Shown here one piece after another: positions 37,779 through 53,616 of a DNA stretch of 64,000 nucleotides; within the stretch, counting starts at the first letter, position 1; every line of letters starts with the position of its first letter. The notes under the pieces are model-generated. The model ran no database searches, was not told where the DNA came from, and was given only the letters and a program-made list of their open reading frames with translations. The position numbers and the translations under genes are program-made. The stretch lies in the NCBI GenBank assembly GCA_965202585.1, contig CBDBBG010000238.1, positions 1-64,000 on the forward strand, read 5' to 3'. This DNA is from Thalia democratica. Lineage: Eukaryota.

Positions 37779-38649
37779 GTATTCATATTGTTATTAATTT
37801 TTTAAGTAAATGTTTTATTATTATGTTTTTATCCACTAGTCAATTAAAGCAATAGTGTAAAATTTTTCTTTATAAGTGACATATTTCATTATATATAAAC
37901 ATATAAGAACACAAACAACATTTAGACAGCATGATCAACTGACTGGTGCTTAGTTGGTGTTTTTGTATGTTTATATAACTAAGTTAGATAAAATTCTGGT
38001 TTGTTTCAGTTAGTTGTAGTGATTATAATTAAAAGTGGTAATAAAATTCAATGTTTAAATATACTATAAGATTGATAATCATTAAGTGGTTATTATAGTT
38101 GACAGAATTGTGATAAATGAACTGTAACTAGCTGACAAAACCAGACTGTTGCCTGACTATATATGATGTTTGTAAAAAGACTATGTTGTATAGACATGAT
38201 AGACTTAATTTTGAGGAACACTAATAATACTTCAAAATAGTCTTTGTCTGGAATTTCTATTGTGACATTATAAACTAACATAGGTGTTTATTTTATCTCA
38301 AACTTGATACTATGTATTGTGCAGCATTATTTCCAAGTGTTTTTTAGTAGTTTCATCATTCATACTAGTAGATAGTGTCACAGTAAAGACTCAAAACAAA
38401 GAATATTTTGATAATTAATAAAAGTTTGTTTTTTATACAGTACACAAGAATGTTAACTATTTTATTTAAACAAACTCTGTCAAAAACTGTATAAAAAATA
38501 AAATCACTAATATTCCTTTTGAATATTTTATAACATTGTGTAGTAACTCAAGTGGTACTGTATTTTATTGGTTAAACAATATAGTTTTAGACAGTGATTG
38601 TTTAAATTTAAATATGTTAGTAATTAGACAAGGTAAGTTAAGCCATATT

Positions 38650-38852
38650 TTAAGTGGATCGGCTGCAGTTGTAAGGCTTTGTATAATAACATTATGAGGT
38701 GAAGTGATAATACAGCTTAGTATTAAAAACAATTACCAAATTACATAAAAATAAAATGAGAAACAAGTTTTATTACTTCAAACTTAAAATCAGTAAAACT
38801 GTAATATATTAGCCAATCAGAAGCGACGTTATAACTGCAGCCGGACCTTAGA
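38650..38852. mobile_element. Degenerate MITE, unit 3
   Basis: Copy of 9954-10156. Confidence 0.5.
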
Positions 38853-39268
38853 GCTACTTAAGATGTAAGTAGTTAACAGATTTTGAACAAAAAATAATTT
38901 GTTATTGACATGAAGCTAGTATGGTTTAGTTAGTAAGAATGTATTTCTATAAGGTACGCGGTTTAAGAAGAACGCACTCGCATAGGTACGCACTAAATTA
39001 TTAAGGCCCCCACACAAAATTTCACAATATGGGGGAATCCCCTAAAGTGAAAATCGAACGGGAATTTTTTGAGATTAATAATTAAAATTATTTTTTAAGG
39101 CATTTCGCCGGCTCCGCCGGCGAAAAATTTTTCACTTTTACTCCCAACCATTTTTTCTTGAAAACCTAATTACGCTTGGAGCCCAGTTAGTAAGCCTGAC
39201 AGCCAAACCAGATAAAAGTGTGGTACTGAGCTCTAAGAAGTAGTTCGGTTTTGAGTTAAAGTGGTAGC

Positions 39269-39371
39269 GGACAGCTTTCGTTATTTGTGCATAAGTCCCT
39301 CCCGCTGCGAGCTGCTCCTATCGGAGCAGCTCTTGCTCCCGGGACTTTTGCACAAATAACGAAAGCCGTCC
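39269..39371. other. 103-nt fold-back, unit 3
   Basis: Copy of 10573-10675. Confidence 0.85.
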
Positions 39372-42300
39372 TTTAGGCCGCGTCCTTATGCTGGTCGGCA
39401 CCTAATTAGTTTTTTGTTTGATGTACGAGTAGTTACGCACCTTCTTTAGTATGTTATATTTCTTTTATCATGTGGTTTTATATACATGTAAGTATCGAGA
39501 TGCATGTTTAATAAAAAAATAACTGATTTACAGTAAAGTTTTATGTTTTATAGTATGTATCCATGGTGTCTTACTACAAATTAAACAGTTTTGTAGTGGA
39601 CAGTCTGGCATTATTCTATAGTAAACACTTCAACTTACATTGTAATCTTATTTATCGGTATCATTTCATTGTTAGTTATGGGACTACTTTAGTTTATTCA
39701 CAGTTAGACAAAACAATTTATACAACTTGTTATTATTAATTTAATTATATGGATTTGTTAGAAAGTAAATATTTTCGTGTTGTCTCCTTTCTTTTTTTTT
39801 TATTAAAAATATTTATGTCTTAATTTGTATAAACTAGTTTTGGCCATCTTTGAAAATTACACACTAACGAAATACAGTTTTTGTCCACAACTTTTCAACT
39901 AATTTACAGTTTTCAATTATTACGTCATCCGGTAGTCTCATGCAGTTTAAACTTCGTAATTTTTGCTGCATAATATGTATTTGATTATAAATTATAAAGT
40001 AATGTTCTAAATATATAGTCTATATTTTCAATTTAAGTAGTGCAAATTTTATAACGTTAACACTAATTATATGTACATATTAAGTATTGGATAAGGTGTA
40101 TCTTAATTAAACTAATACTTATAAATATATATGGCAATTAACTCTTAAATAATATATTGCTGCGTATAACTTAAACTAATATTAAAGTTACAATTAACTC
40201 CTAATCATTAATCATTATCTTGTTGCGCTGGATTATATGATTATTTCTAGTTTTATGTCTTAAACACTGTATGTATTCATCTATAAATTAAAAAGATTGA
40301 ATTTTTTCTTTTAAGTAATAATTACAGTTCAAATATACATCCCATTTAGAGGCTTTATGAGTTTTAAAAGGTCAAATTCAACCATTGTATAAAACTTTAT
40401 TTACCATTAAGCGTGTTAAACTAAAAAAAATCATGCCAGTTACTAGCTCTGTACTTTTGATAGTATAGATCAAATACCGTTACGCCAACTAACTCTTATT
40501 TTGAGGTTATTACATTTAGTAACTAAGTACTTTTAACAAAAATTTTTACAATTCAAGTAGTTAATTTAGTTAAAAAAAAGTATTGGTATAGAATATTACA
40601 AAATTGTGGGATTAGTTCTCAATTATGTCTTAATCGTGATTAAACATACCTTATTCTAACAATATTGATATCAGATGCAACTTTGTAATTTAGTTGGTAG
40701 TTCATTATTTTGTTCGTGTTGTTGTAAAGTTAATTAAAAGTTTGTTTGATAAATATTCTCTCTCGTTTCTCTACAATTAATAGCCTTTTTTTATATTTCT
40801 ATAACGTTATTGCATTTCTATTTTGTTCTTTCGTTACTTAATTCTACTTCTGGCTCAATACAGTCAATTTTTACTATTTTATTATCAGTCATCATCATGT
40901 TGCTCTGGTTTGTATGATTATTTCTTTATGTCTTAAACAATACTTATTTAAAACCTTTTAGTAATGATTACACTTGAAATATGCTTTTTATTAAAATTTA
41001 AAGGTCAAATCTGTTAAATTGTTCAATGGTTATACATGACTTTTTTAACACTGATTTTGTAACTTAATCTAAAAATAATTAATTTTTAAAAGATAGCCTG
41101 CTTAACTTAAGTTTTTTTTTTCTATTTTTATAAATATTCAATCCAGAAGCTACTTTAGTTTTTAGGTCACTAGTTTTGTCACCTTTTACAGTAGTGTTGT
41201 AGTGCCATTTAGCAGTTAAATATATATTCATTCTCTTATAATACTTTGCTGAAATTAAACTTATATTAAAAATAACTAACAATTCTTAACATTCAATCCT
41301 ATATATCATCTTGTTGCCCTGTTTTACATGATTATTTCCAATGGTATGTCTTAAAAAGTTTATGTTCAAATAGTAAAGATTAAAATGTTCAATTGGAGTC
41401 TAGGAAATTTCGGTCTTTAACTACCTACAACTCAACCTAATACAAACGTGTTTATTATATTTGTATATTTAATAAAATAATTTTTAAACAGTACTCTTTC
41501 TTTAGTTTTGCATGTTTTAAAGCGCTTCTACTTAGTTTAAACTTTTTTTGTTAACATATCTAAATTACAAGTAAAGTTTTATGTTTTATAGTATGTATCC
41601 TGGCTGTCTTACTACAAATGATTCAGTTTTGTAGTAAACAGTCTGGTATTATTCTATAATAAACACTCCGCTTACTGTAATTTAATATTATAACTTATTG
41701 TCCCATTACGAGGGGATAGCACCTGCAGACTTGTTGAAAGCCGTGTTAGTGCCGTAACCAGCGCCGGTTACTCTATGAATTATTTAAGGAATTCAAATAA
41801 TACAGGATCGTTTCCTATAACTTTGAGGTACTTGAGTAAATTACTTACTGAGGTATAAGTGATTTTAGGCTTGAAATTCTACACTAAAGTTTTTCGTTTA
41901 CATAAATAAGTATTTCAGTCTTAATTTGTATAACAAAGTTAGGAAATCTTTTAAATTATTGTCCACAATTTTCAAAGTAATTTTGTAATATTTTATATTT
42001 TCCCCATTTACAATTATTACGTCATCACCCAGTAGTCTAACACAGTATAAACTTAGTAATTTTTACTTACACTTTAGTTGTATATGGATGTTATCTTTTT
42101 GATTATAAATTATTAAATTTGTTTCAAATCGCTCTATATTTCAAAGTTTGGTAAAGCAACTTGTATGTTAATGAATAAGAATAATTGTATGTAAGTAATA
42201 AGTATTGGATAAGGTGTATCTTAATTAAACTAACAGAAACAAATTATATGGTAATTAGCTCTTAAATATTTTACTGCTGCGTATAAATGAATCTAATTTT

Positions 42301-43234
42301 TTGAATTACAATCAACTCTTGATAATACCTAATCATTAATTATCATATTGTTGCGCTGGTTTAATTATTGTTTATAGTTTTATATCACAAACAATTATTT
42401 AACTATAAATTTAAAAGTTTAAACTGTTTCTTACAAGTAATAATTACAGTTCAATTAAACATCCCATTTAAAGCTTTCGTGTGTATAAAGGCTTCTTTTG
42501 AATTTAACCATAATATATAACTTTTTCAAAAACTGCGTGTCAAAATAAACAATAGTTGGTACCAGCTCTGTACTTTTGATAAATTAAATCAAATACTGAC
42601 TAAGTACCATTTTTTACGGTGTGCATTTTGTACATGTTGTGTTAAGTTAAATGATAAAAAGGAAAATACAAACTTTCATATTGTTAAAGTTATATAAAAT
42701 AGATATCCGTTCAAACTTTTTAATACATTGTTTGTATTATATTAAAGTAAATATTAATTGATATTCAACTATTTAATAAACTCAATTAAATTTGTAAAAA
42801 TTACAAGCTATAATGCTTTCATCATTTGAAATTACAAATACCACTAGAATTCAGAAAGACATAAATTTGAAAACTGTAAAATTTGAAGATATAATGCTTT
42901 CACCATTTCAATTTACAAATACCACTAGAATTTATAAAGAAGATACTTGAGTGTAACATTCTTATTTAAATCAAAGACACGTTTATTAAGTTATCAGTGT
43001 TAACAGTTTAGTTGGTATGTATACCCTTTTTTCATCGAATTATAGAATTGAAGTTTTTACATCTTTATTTGTTTTTTATAATTGTGTTAAATGTATCTGA
43101 ATTGACATTATTATATATTAAAATTTAGGTTAAATCATTAACAGAATATTAAGTTAACAAACTTTACGTCTAAAGTAAAAACTTTTATTCGGTAAACAAT
43201 TAAAAAGTATGTGTTTTAGCAAAAATAAAATAAA

Positions 43235-43738
43235 ATGGACCGATTCATTTTCGATCATGTCGAAGAATATCCTGAGCAGCAGCAAGCTGATGAACAAGCA
43301 GAACAACAGTCAGAAGATTTTGCACAATTTTTCATGCCGGTGCGAAATAGAAGGCAACTCGATGCGGAAATCGCGCGAACCACTTTACGGATGCGAGCGA
43401 GAATGCAACGAACACAACATGCACGACGCATTCAGCAGCGGAGAGAGAATACAACGACAAGTGGAGCAAGAAATGCAACAAGAAATTCAGCAAGAAATTA
43501 TGCAGCAGAGAGGGAGTGTACCACAAGAAATGCGGCAAGAATTACAACAAGAAATGCTGGCGCGGCGCATTGTGCAGCAGAGAGAGAGAGAGAGAGAGTA
43601 GAACAAAGATTTGAAGAAGAAATACATCAGGAAATTATTAGTTTATTATATTTTATAATTCAAAACTCGCAATTAATTTGTTTTATCTTTAAAAGACAAA
43701 CAGCCAATTTAAAATTAATACAAGTTAACATCTTTTAG
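43235..43738 (+). pseudogene. RING-less paralogue copy 4
   Basis: Same translation as 191-694. Confidence 0.6.
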
Positions 43739-44318
43739 TTTGTTTCAAAACTTTTGTGAATTATTTCTGTCTTAAAAGTCAGTGACATAAAAATTAAAGT
43801 ATAGTTAAAGTTTTTTATTTTTTTGTTATTTAAATTTAATCTTAGTTTGTTGTACATGATTTATTAAGGTTTATTGTAAAAAGGAAAATAAAAACTTATG
43901 TTTTTGTTAAGGCTGTCTAAAATGGTACCAATGCATATTTTTGGGTACATTGTTTGTAATTTATTAAAATAAATATTAATCGCTTTTCTGATATTTAATA
44001 TATTTTGTTAAACTTTAAAATTTTAAGCTTTAACGGTTTTATCATTTTTATTTAAATCTAACACACGTGTATTAAGTATTCAGTGTATACTGTTTAGTTT
44101 GTACATATAATTTTTTTTTGAATATAAAATTTAATTTGTTTGATCTTTAGTTTTTTTGTATCAATTTGTTAAATATACTTGAGCTGTTATATTGATACAT
44201 TATAGTTAAGGGTAAACTATTAAAAGAACAATATGTTATACAAACCTTACATCTAAAGTAAAAACTTTTAGTAGGTAAAAAGTAAAAAAGTATCTTATTA
44301 AGCTGAGAATAAAACGAA

Positions 44319-44765
44319 ATGGATCAACTCAATCCTGATCATGTCGAAGATTATGCTGAGCAGCAGCAAGTTGATGAACTGCTAGAACAATATTTCGAAC
44401 CTGGTTTCGCAGTTCTACGACGTTTAATGCAACCACATATGGAACGTGTACGACGCATTGTGCAGCAGAGAGAGCAAAAGATGATGCAACAAGAAGTACA
44501 ACGTGTACGACGCATTGTGCAGCAGAGGAGAACGCAACAACCTGTTACTGGTCTGACACCCGAACGAATTGGTAGATTTGAACACTTCGCTGCAGACGAA
44601 TCGTTGGTGGGCGAGCAATGCGTGGTTTGCCTCGATGACCTGAAATGTGGCACGAGAATGGTCCGTCTGGACTGTCATGTCACCCATTGTTTGTGCAAAA
44701 CATGTACAGATGCTTGGTTTAAAGATCACAACAAATGTCCTTTATGCAATCATGTTTTCAACTAG
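44319..44765 (+). CDS. RING-finger protein copy 4 (T122)
   Basis: As copy 3; A at 44682. Confidence 0.9.
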   Translation: MDQLNPDHVEDYAEQQQVDELLEQYFEPGFAVLRRLMQPHMERVRRIVQQREQKMMQQEVQRVRRIVQQRRTQQPVTGLTPERIGRFEHFAADESLVGEQCVVCLDDLKCGTRMVRLDCHVTHCLCKTCTDAWFKDHNKCPLCNHVFN

Positions 44766-46175
44766 AAACCGGTTTAACAGTAATATAGAATATTGGTGAC
44801 AGTGCTTTTCTTGCAACAATTAATAAACTGTGAATTGTGAATACGTTTTGTTTTGTTAAGTAAAATGTTATAGTTAATATAAAAGATATAAAGTATATAA
44901 AACATTAACTTCATTATTACATATGAATAACTTACTTATTTTAACAAAAACCCATACTTATAATATAATTTTAAAAACGAACTTATTAAATATACTAAAA
45001 AATTTTGACATGTAGCACGATGAATACTTTTCTTATCAAATGTTTTAAACATTTTTTGTTTGAAAATATAAACATAGTTTAAAAACCTTGCGGTATGTAG
45101 CAATTCGTGTATTTATATGTAAAGAACTTCCAAGCTCATCCATTTTTACAATAATCTAAAACACTAGTGATCTATCTAATTTATATTTTTAAGAACTCTT
45201 TTTCATTAGGATTCACTTACTAAATAGGATTATAGGTCCAATAGATCAATAATTTCAAGCGATCTTTAACAACTGGAAACTTAAATTATGCAACAATCAT
45301 TAGAGTTACAAGAACTTATAAAAAGTTTTACAAAAATTAAATTTTAAACTACCAAAATAAAAATTAAAGTTTTTACTTTCAACTACAATAGTACTGATAA
45401 TGTTTTAGTTAATAGACTAATGCTATTACAAAAAATAGAAGATCACTAAATCTAATAATTTGTTTTATTAAAAACTATCAAATTCTTTATTACTCAAAAT
45501 GCTTTAACTTTGCTATTTTACTAAAACACTGGTTCTTTTGGTAGGAACCTGTACATAAGCATTGTTCTTATCTAAACAATCATGAATAAAGTTTCAGTTT
45601 GTACTTGAATACCCAATATCTATTTAAAACTATGATTTTTCTAGTCGTTTTGTTTTCCATTTGTGACGTAAATGTATTAAAGTGAAAATATATTTAATTG
45701 TTGGATCATAGCCTACATGCTGAAAACTGCCGATCTGACACCCAGCCTATAAAGTTTTAAAAAGAACATCAACTTCACACACTTATAGTTATAAAAATTA
45801 AACATAACTCACTCATTTTCGAAAAAAGTTTATTAATCAATTTCGTTTAGCGCATGCTCAAAATAATATTGCTAAAAACTATTAATACTGTAGTGTAATT
45901 TTAGTTACATACAATGAATTTGAAAAGTCTAGCTAAAAATAGCTACTTCATAAAGTATAAAAGTCTCTTTAGAAAAAGTTTAAAATAGAATTGAGTTATA
46001 ATTAGCTAATTTGAAGTAAATTATAAGACAAAATTGCTAAAACAAAAGTATTTAAAATAGTAAATTTTTTTACCTGAAACTAAATTAAATAAAAAGCACA
46101 TTACAAAATACGACAAAAACGACAACAATAATATTACTAAAAACACGCTATTTTTAAAGTTTTTAAATGTAATTT

Positions 46176-46659
46176 ACAATATACATGAAAATTATAACAG
46201 CTATCTGATTTGTACTATAAATTTATTTAATTTAGTCTTTATGTTTAGGAAAGCAATGAAGCGCTTTATTATGAAATGAAGTATATAATCTATTAAAAAT
46301 GAAACAACAACCAATAATTAGTGAATCAATTAAGTTTATCAACGGTAAAGACAATAAAACTCACAGGAATCTTATGTAACGCGTGTTTTATATATTAAAT
46401 CTTTGTAATGATAAAATCTATAAATTTAAAATTATAACAGATAAATTTATTTTAGGTACATTTAGGAAGCTGTGACTTATATTGTCTTTACCGTTGTTAA
46501 ACTTTGTTGATTTACTAATTATTGGTTGTTGTTTCATTTTTAATACATTATATACTACATTTCATAATAAAGCGCTTTATTGATTTCTTAACATAAAGAC
46601 TAAATTAACTAACTTTATAGTACAAATTAAATAGCTGTTATAACTTTCATATATATTGT
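46176..46659. mobile_element. Foldback/MITE-like element, unit 4
   Basis: Copy of 3132-3615. Confidence 0.75.
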
Positions 46660-49600
46660 GACGAAATTATTGGACGTTTTTTGTTCAATTATTGACAACA
46701 GTAAAAAATTTGATTCATGTTTCTTTCCAATAAGGTAAGTGGTTTGTTTATATTATGATTTGTTCTTTTGTTGTGTATTTTAGTTTACTTTACTTAATCA
46801 GACTAAATAATTACGAATATTATATAATTTTATAACAATCGGATTTAACATTAAGTATTTTACCTATTATTAACTATTAATCTGTAAAAATTTGTGGTAA
46901 GTTATTTTATTTTATTTTAATTTTAATGAAAACATGTATACACCTACTTTATTCCATGATTCTATTCTCATATTACACTAATTACTATTTACAGAACCCA
47001 GTTGAAGTGTGTTGATTAGTTAGCACACAGAAACATATGTTGGTACAATAAAGCAAGACTATTGTATAGTAAGGTTTTAAGTATGCATTTTAATTTAGCT
47101 CAACTACTATTTGTAGTGGTATTCACTACTGTGGATTTGTTAAAGCTTCACAGTTTAGCTAATTTAGAAACAGTTTAGTTTTATAGTTGGCGGGTTGGAT
47201 ACTATATGCTAGCACAAGCGGCTTAAGCATTCAATATATGTAAAAAGATAATTGAGTTTGTTTTTAATATCAGATTATTTATAAAAATAAATATCAGTCA
47301 CTCAAAAAAACGTTTCATCTAATCACTTTAAATATACTAAAATTATTTCTAGTCTAAACATTAATCAAATTTAATTTCTTATAGACAGACGTTAACAGTG
47401 TTAGTTTTAAATAAAAAAGGTAATTTTAGCTCTATTTAGTCGCAACTCTCAACTGTAAAAACCCAGAAAAAAATTGATATGATAAAAAATACAATTTTAA
47501 ATGGTTGCTATAACTGTTTTATTCGTATTTATCAAAACATATACAAGTATCCTTTGAAAGAAAAGAAAAACTGTTCTTTAGTTATTTTGTTTTAAGTTTT
47601 TTTTTACATTATTAAAAAAGTGTAATTGTTTATAACATCTATTTAGGTGATATTAACAAATCCAGAAGGGATTCATGTTAAATTAAGTATATTGTGTTGC
47701 GTAGAATATAATTTTAATGACTTTTTGTTGTTTATAGTAATATAATTTATATGTTGAAAAAAAAAATTAAAGCGGTTTCTTTGATCAAAGCAAATTGAGT
47801 TTTATAAGTATATCCAACTTATTTCAATTTTTTTATAAATGATTTTCGTTACTTATCTAGACTCTTTCAATTGAGCTTTGTTTTACCTTAAGTTATTTTT
47901 TTCTAAATGAGCTGAAGGGGATTTGGATTAATTAAGCTTTAGCTTATTTTAGCTATTATGTTTATACTTGTTTTTTAAGTTTTAGAAACATCACCAGCAT
48001 TTCCGTTTTTGTTTTAATATTTTGTTGAACCAGCCAGTAATGAAAATGATATGGGTATGAATAAAATTTGCCAAAATATCTAATTTTTCAAAACCATCTA
48101 TGCCAGGAATTCTAATTTACCTGACTGGACTTTTATGTCAAATAAATCCACGTGGTTGCTTATAATGCTGATAAAATTTAAGATTATTGATTGTAATGTC
48201 TAATAAAGAATGTAAGGCTGAACTACATTAATCCCAGGCGTTTCTACATTTAAGAGACAAAGTTTAACCTTCATTTTTGTTAGACGAAATGTTTCCTTAT
48301 TTGAAATTATCAACAGTATTAATATTAACCGAGAAAAAATATACTTTAAAAAGCTTAAACTAAAAAGTTGTGATTGAAAACACACGTAAGTAAGGATATT
48401 AATGTCTTTCAAATTAATTAACAGCAAATTTATGCTTAGATATAAGACATTAGAAAGCATTGTATATGATATGCATAAATAAACCTTGTAGACCAAAACT
48501 TTGGCTTTCACTTTTAAATTAAACATATCTGTTAAGTTTCTGTCTAAGTGGCATAAACCTTCCACATACACTGTTCCTTAGATATACTACTTACAAAAGT
48601 ATATGGTTCTCTACCATTAAGAATGCAATGTACCAACATTAGTAACATACTTTGCACAACCATTGTTTTTCTCTATAAAGCCTAACGACGTTTAAATCTC
48701 AGTAAGTAATCTACTAGTGTAACTCAAACAAATAATAAACTATTCCTGTATCATTTTAGAGCCTTAAATAATTCATAGAGTAACCGGCACTGAAGTAATG
48801 TAAATTGAAATTAATTAAGTAATTATTTTCCAATAATGGACAAAACATGAAAAAAAGTTAAGAACCGGTGGTTTCAAGTATAATTAAATACTAAACTAAG
48901 AATTTATTTGCAGTTTATGAGACTTGGTAACTTGAATTGATATAACTTTTTGAATATATTTATAGAATGATACTGATAAAGTAAACTACAACGTAAAACT
49001 GTTGTGTTACTTTCAATAATTCGAATTTCTTACAGATTTATACTTTTAAACATTTCACTTTTAAATTAAACATATCTGTTAATAACACTAAAACTCTGTT
49101 CAGTCTTTACTTAAACTTGAGCTAAAAAAGAATTAAATTACTTAACAACATGCAATAGAAACAAAACAATAAAGCTAAGGCTTGTTTGAATAATAACATA
49201 AATTAGATAGAAGACTTTTATAGGTAAACTAACTGGTATGTACAACTAGTAAACTTGTGAGACAAAATACAATAGAATGATATTAATAAACCAAATTACA
49301 ACAAGTGAAGTGTTACATATAGAATAATAAATTGATTGTTTACTCCAAAACTATACTAAATTAGAATATGTTTTTTTCAGCAGTTGATCAATGTTACAAA
49401 AACAAACATTTGAACTAAAACAAAGATTAAAGGTGAAATCAAAAATACAGCGGAGATATTTGTTGTGAACATAGCTCGAGTACTAGTACCTGCTAACTTT
49501 TTTAATTTCTAACTCTCATCATGCAAATAGATACAAGTTTGAAAGGTATTTGAAACAACCAAGTAGTTTAAAATCAAAGCTTTGAAGTTTTAAAGCTCCA

Positions 49601-51211
49601 TTTTGCTTATTTTTTATCGTTTTTATAAAGTGTTTGGTGTTTTTTAGCATAAAATTTTCTGTCAGAAACGATGGAAATGTTTATTTTCAAGTATTTGTAA
49701 GTTAAAAAAAAAAAAGAAAAAAAAATCCAAAAAAAATTATACTTGTTTATTATCATTCAATTTTGTTGGTTAAAATTTGCATATTTTTAATGATATTGTA
49801 ATTTGCTTTAAATTAATTTTGTTTTCAACTTAAGTAGCTTTAAAAAGACCATTATACTTTATTTTTACAGCTCATTACAAACTGCTTTACTCCTATAATA
49901 AGATATAAAATGTTTTCGGTTGTTAAAAGTAAATCAAAAAAAGTTTTAGAGCAAATAAATGCAAGGTATGTAAAAAATAGAAAATGTAATAAGCAAAATG
50001 AAAAAAACACAAACATTAAAAAACTTTTGGCTAAATAAGGTTATGTTTAAAACTAAAATTTGTTACAACAACTGCATTAATTTCAACTGTGAAGTATGAA
50101 ATGTAAATGTCAAAATAGGTTATGTAAAACCTAATATAGTTTTAATGACTACATTTGGTATGGGTTTGATTTAAAAGCTAATTTTATTTGTAGAAAATAT
50201 CAATATAATTTGTTCTTTAACAGTTTTTTTTTATTGATTCATTAGTTATTTTGCTATGTCTTAAACATAGTTTGTAAAGTTAAGTTAAACCTCAATGTTT
50301 TTTTAAATGATTATTAAGGTGTTTATTACTCATGATCTCATTAAAACTAGAGTGAAGTATTAATTTAAAAATAAATAAACAAGTCAATAAGTTTGTATAG
50401 TAAGTTACATAAACTTAATGTTAATCTCAAGTTTATGGTTATTATATTAAATTAAAGTTTGAATAGAAACAATTAATTTCACTTATACATATTTTTTTAA
50501 GCAGTAAATGAGCTAATATAAACCTTTAACTGAAACAAAAATTTTAAAGTGAAATTAAAAACATAGCAGAGATATTTGCGATGAACATAGTTTGAGTACT
50601 AATACCTGCTAACTGTTTTTAACTAATATCATGCAAATAGAAACAAGTTTGAAAGGTATTTGAAACAACTAAGTAGTGTGAAATCAAAGCTTTGAAGTTT
50701 TAAAGATTTATTTTGCTTATTTTTCATCGTTTTTATGAAGTGTTTGGTGTTTTTTGAAGCAGAATTTTGTACTGAAAACGATGGTAAAACTTATTTTTGA
50801 AAAAAACAAGGTTTGAAAAAGTTACAGCTAAAAGTTGAAAATTAGCTTTAAACTGTCAAAGCGAGAGAAGAGAGGCCTCGTGAATGTCACCAAGTGAATT
50901 TTTTGCACAAAGTTTTTATTTATTACGTAATTATACAAAAAATCAGTTTGCAGAAATTTCTAAAAAATTGCAATTCATTTTAGAAAAGTTTTCTTGGAAG
51001 TTGTAGGTCATCAAATTTTTACTTTAACTTTCTTCACATATGTATTTCTAGAGTTTACCTTTTATATGTTTCTTTAAGTAATAAAAGGAACTTAAAGTAC
51101 AAGCACATACAATTCCAAACCAATGACATAGTATGAAAAAATCAATAAAACTTAAAACTTGAACTGTTTATGCTTGAATAAAAAAGAAAACAAAACAAAT
51201 CTACATCATCT

Positions 51212-51634
51212 TGTCAAAGTTATTTAAATCAACAGTCTTCTAGTTTATTATGATAATCAAGTGTATTATTATATTTTGTTCACAACTTCAAAGAAAAGTC
51301 TTTACCTGTATGTTGTCAAAGTTATTTAAATCAACAGTCTTCTACTTTATTGTGATAATCATGTATTTTATTTTGTTTTTGTTCACAACTCAACAGAAAA
51401 GTCTTTACCTGTATGTTGAAAAATTGTCTTAAATCAACAGACTTCTACTTTATTCTGATAATCATGTTTTTTTTTTCTTTTTGTTCACAACTCCAATGAA
51501 AAGTCTCTACCTGTATGTTGAAAAAATGTCTTAAATCAACAGACTTCTACTTGATTATGACAAGCATGTGTATTATTATCTTATTGTTCACAACTTTAAA
51601 GAAAAGTGTTTACCTGTATGTTGAAAAAGTGTCA
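51212..51634 (+). repeat. 102-103-bp minisatellite, unit 4
   Basis: Copy of 8168-8590. Confidence 0.92.
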
Positions 51635-51866
51635 TTTGTTTGATTTACTTTACATTCATAAACTCACTAAAAAGTCTTATGTTGAGCAGAAACAAAATGG
51701 CCATCTATATTCAAGTGCTAGATCAATCATCTTTCTAAATCTTAATCAATACTCAAATACTGCTAACTATTTTGGTGAACCAAGTCATTTCTTGGACTAT
51801 TGCAGCTCTAAGTGAGGTTAGTTTTTTGTTAATTAAGATAGATAAATTTAATGCAAGATTATTTTT

Positions 51867-52126
51867 CAGGGTTGCCAAGCACCTAATGTTTCAGTATACT
51901 CAGGTGTTTTCTCAATTTTAAATACTTAAAAATTACTTGTTTAATTAAATTTTATTTGTAAACATAGAACATCATTAATATAATTTGGTGCTCAAACTCA
52001 ATTGATATCAAGTAAATGTAAAGTACATAATGCATTAACAGCTTCTGCTGCCTAGTTTCTAATTATATTTAAATTATGCTGAATTTCACAAGAGTACAGT
52101 TTTTGAATTAAAGACTGGCAACCCTG
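51867..52126. mobile_element. hAT-type MITE, unit 4
   Basis: Copy of 8823-9082. Confidence 0.75.
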
Positions 52127-52997
52127 GTATTCATATTGTTATTAATTTTTTAAGTAAATGTTTTATTATTATGTTTTTATCCACTAGTCAATTAAAGCAA
52201 TAGTGTAAAATTTTTCTTTATAAGTGACATATTTCATTATATATAAACATATAAGAACACAAACAACATTTAGACAGCATGATCAACTGACTGGTGCTTA
52301 GTTGGTGTTTTTGTATGTTTATATAACTAAGTTAGATAAAATTCTGGTTTGTTTCAGTTAGTTGTAGTGATTATAATTAAAAGTGGTAATAAAATTCAAT
52401 GTTTAAATATACTATAAGATTGATAATCATTAAGTGGTTATTATAGTTGACAGAATTGTGATAAATGAACTGTAACTAGCTGACAAAACCAGACTGTTGC
52501 CTGACTATATATGATGTTTGTAAAAAGACTATGTTGTATAGACATGATAGACTTAATTTTGAGGAACACTAATAATACTTCAAAATAGTCTTTGTCTGGA
52601 ATTTCTATTGTGACATTATAAACTAACATAGGTGTTTATTTTATCTCAAACTTGATACTATGTATTGTGCAGCATTATTTCCAAGTGTTTTTTAGTAGTT
52701 TCATCATTCATACTAGTAGATAGTGTCACAGTAAAGACTCAAAACAAAGAATATTTTGATAATTAATAAAAGTTTGTTTTTTATACAGTACACAAGAATG
52801 TTAACTATTTTATTTAAACAAACTCTGTCAAAAACTGTATAAAAAATAAAATCACTAATATTCCTTTTGAATATTTTATAACATTGTGTAGTAACTCAAG
52901 TGGTACTGTATTTTATTGGTTAAACAATATAGTTTTAGACAGTGATTGTTTAAATTTAAATATGTTAGTAATTAGACAAGGTAAGTTAAGCCATATT

Positions 52998-53200
52998 TTA
53001 AGTGGATCGGCTGCAGTTGTAAGGCTTTGTATAATAACATTATGAGGTGAAGTGATAATACAGCTTAGTATTAAAAACAATTACCAAATTACATAAAAAT
53101 AAAATGAGAAACAAGTTTTATTACTTCAAACTTAAAATCAGTAAAACTGTAATATATTAGCCAATCAGAAGCGACGTTATAACTGCAGCCGGACCTTAGA
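52998..53200. mobile_element. Degenerate MITE, unit 4
   Basis: Copy of 9954-10156. Confidence 0.5.
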
Positions 53201-53616
53201 GCTACTTAAGATGTAAGTAGTTAACAGATTTTGAACAAAAAATAATTTGTTATTGACATGAAGCTAGTATGGTTTAGTTAGTAAGAATGTATTTCTATAA
53301 GGTACGCGGTTTAAGAAGAACGCACTCGCATAGGTACGCACTAAATTATTAAGGCCCCCACACAAAATTTCACAAAATGGGGGAATCCCCTAAAGTGAAA
53401 ATCGAACGGGAATTTTTTGAGATTAATAATTAAAATTATTTTTTAAGGCATTTCGCCGGCTCCGCCGGCGAAAAATTTTTCACTTTTACTCCCAACCATT
53501 TTTTCTTGAAAACCTAATTACGCTTGGAGCCCAGTTAGTAAGCCTGACAGCCAAACCAGATAAAAGTGTGGTACTGAGCTCTAAGAAGTAGTTCGGTTTT
53601 GAGTTAAAGTGGTAGC

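Larger units (their letters stand above)
28697..43044 (+). repeat. Tandem unit copy 3
   Basis: Periodicity. Alleles: 30334A, private 39028T, 42909C. Confidence 0.97.
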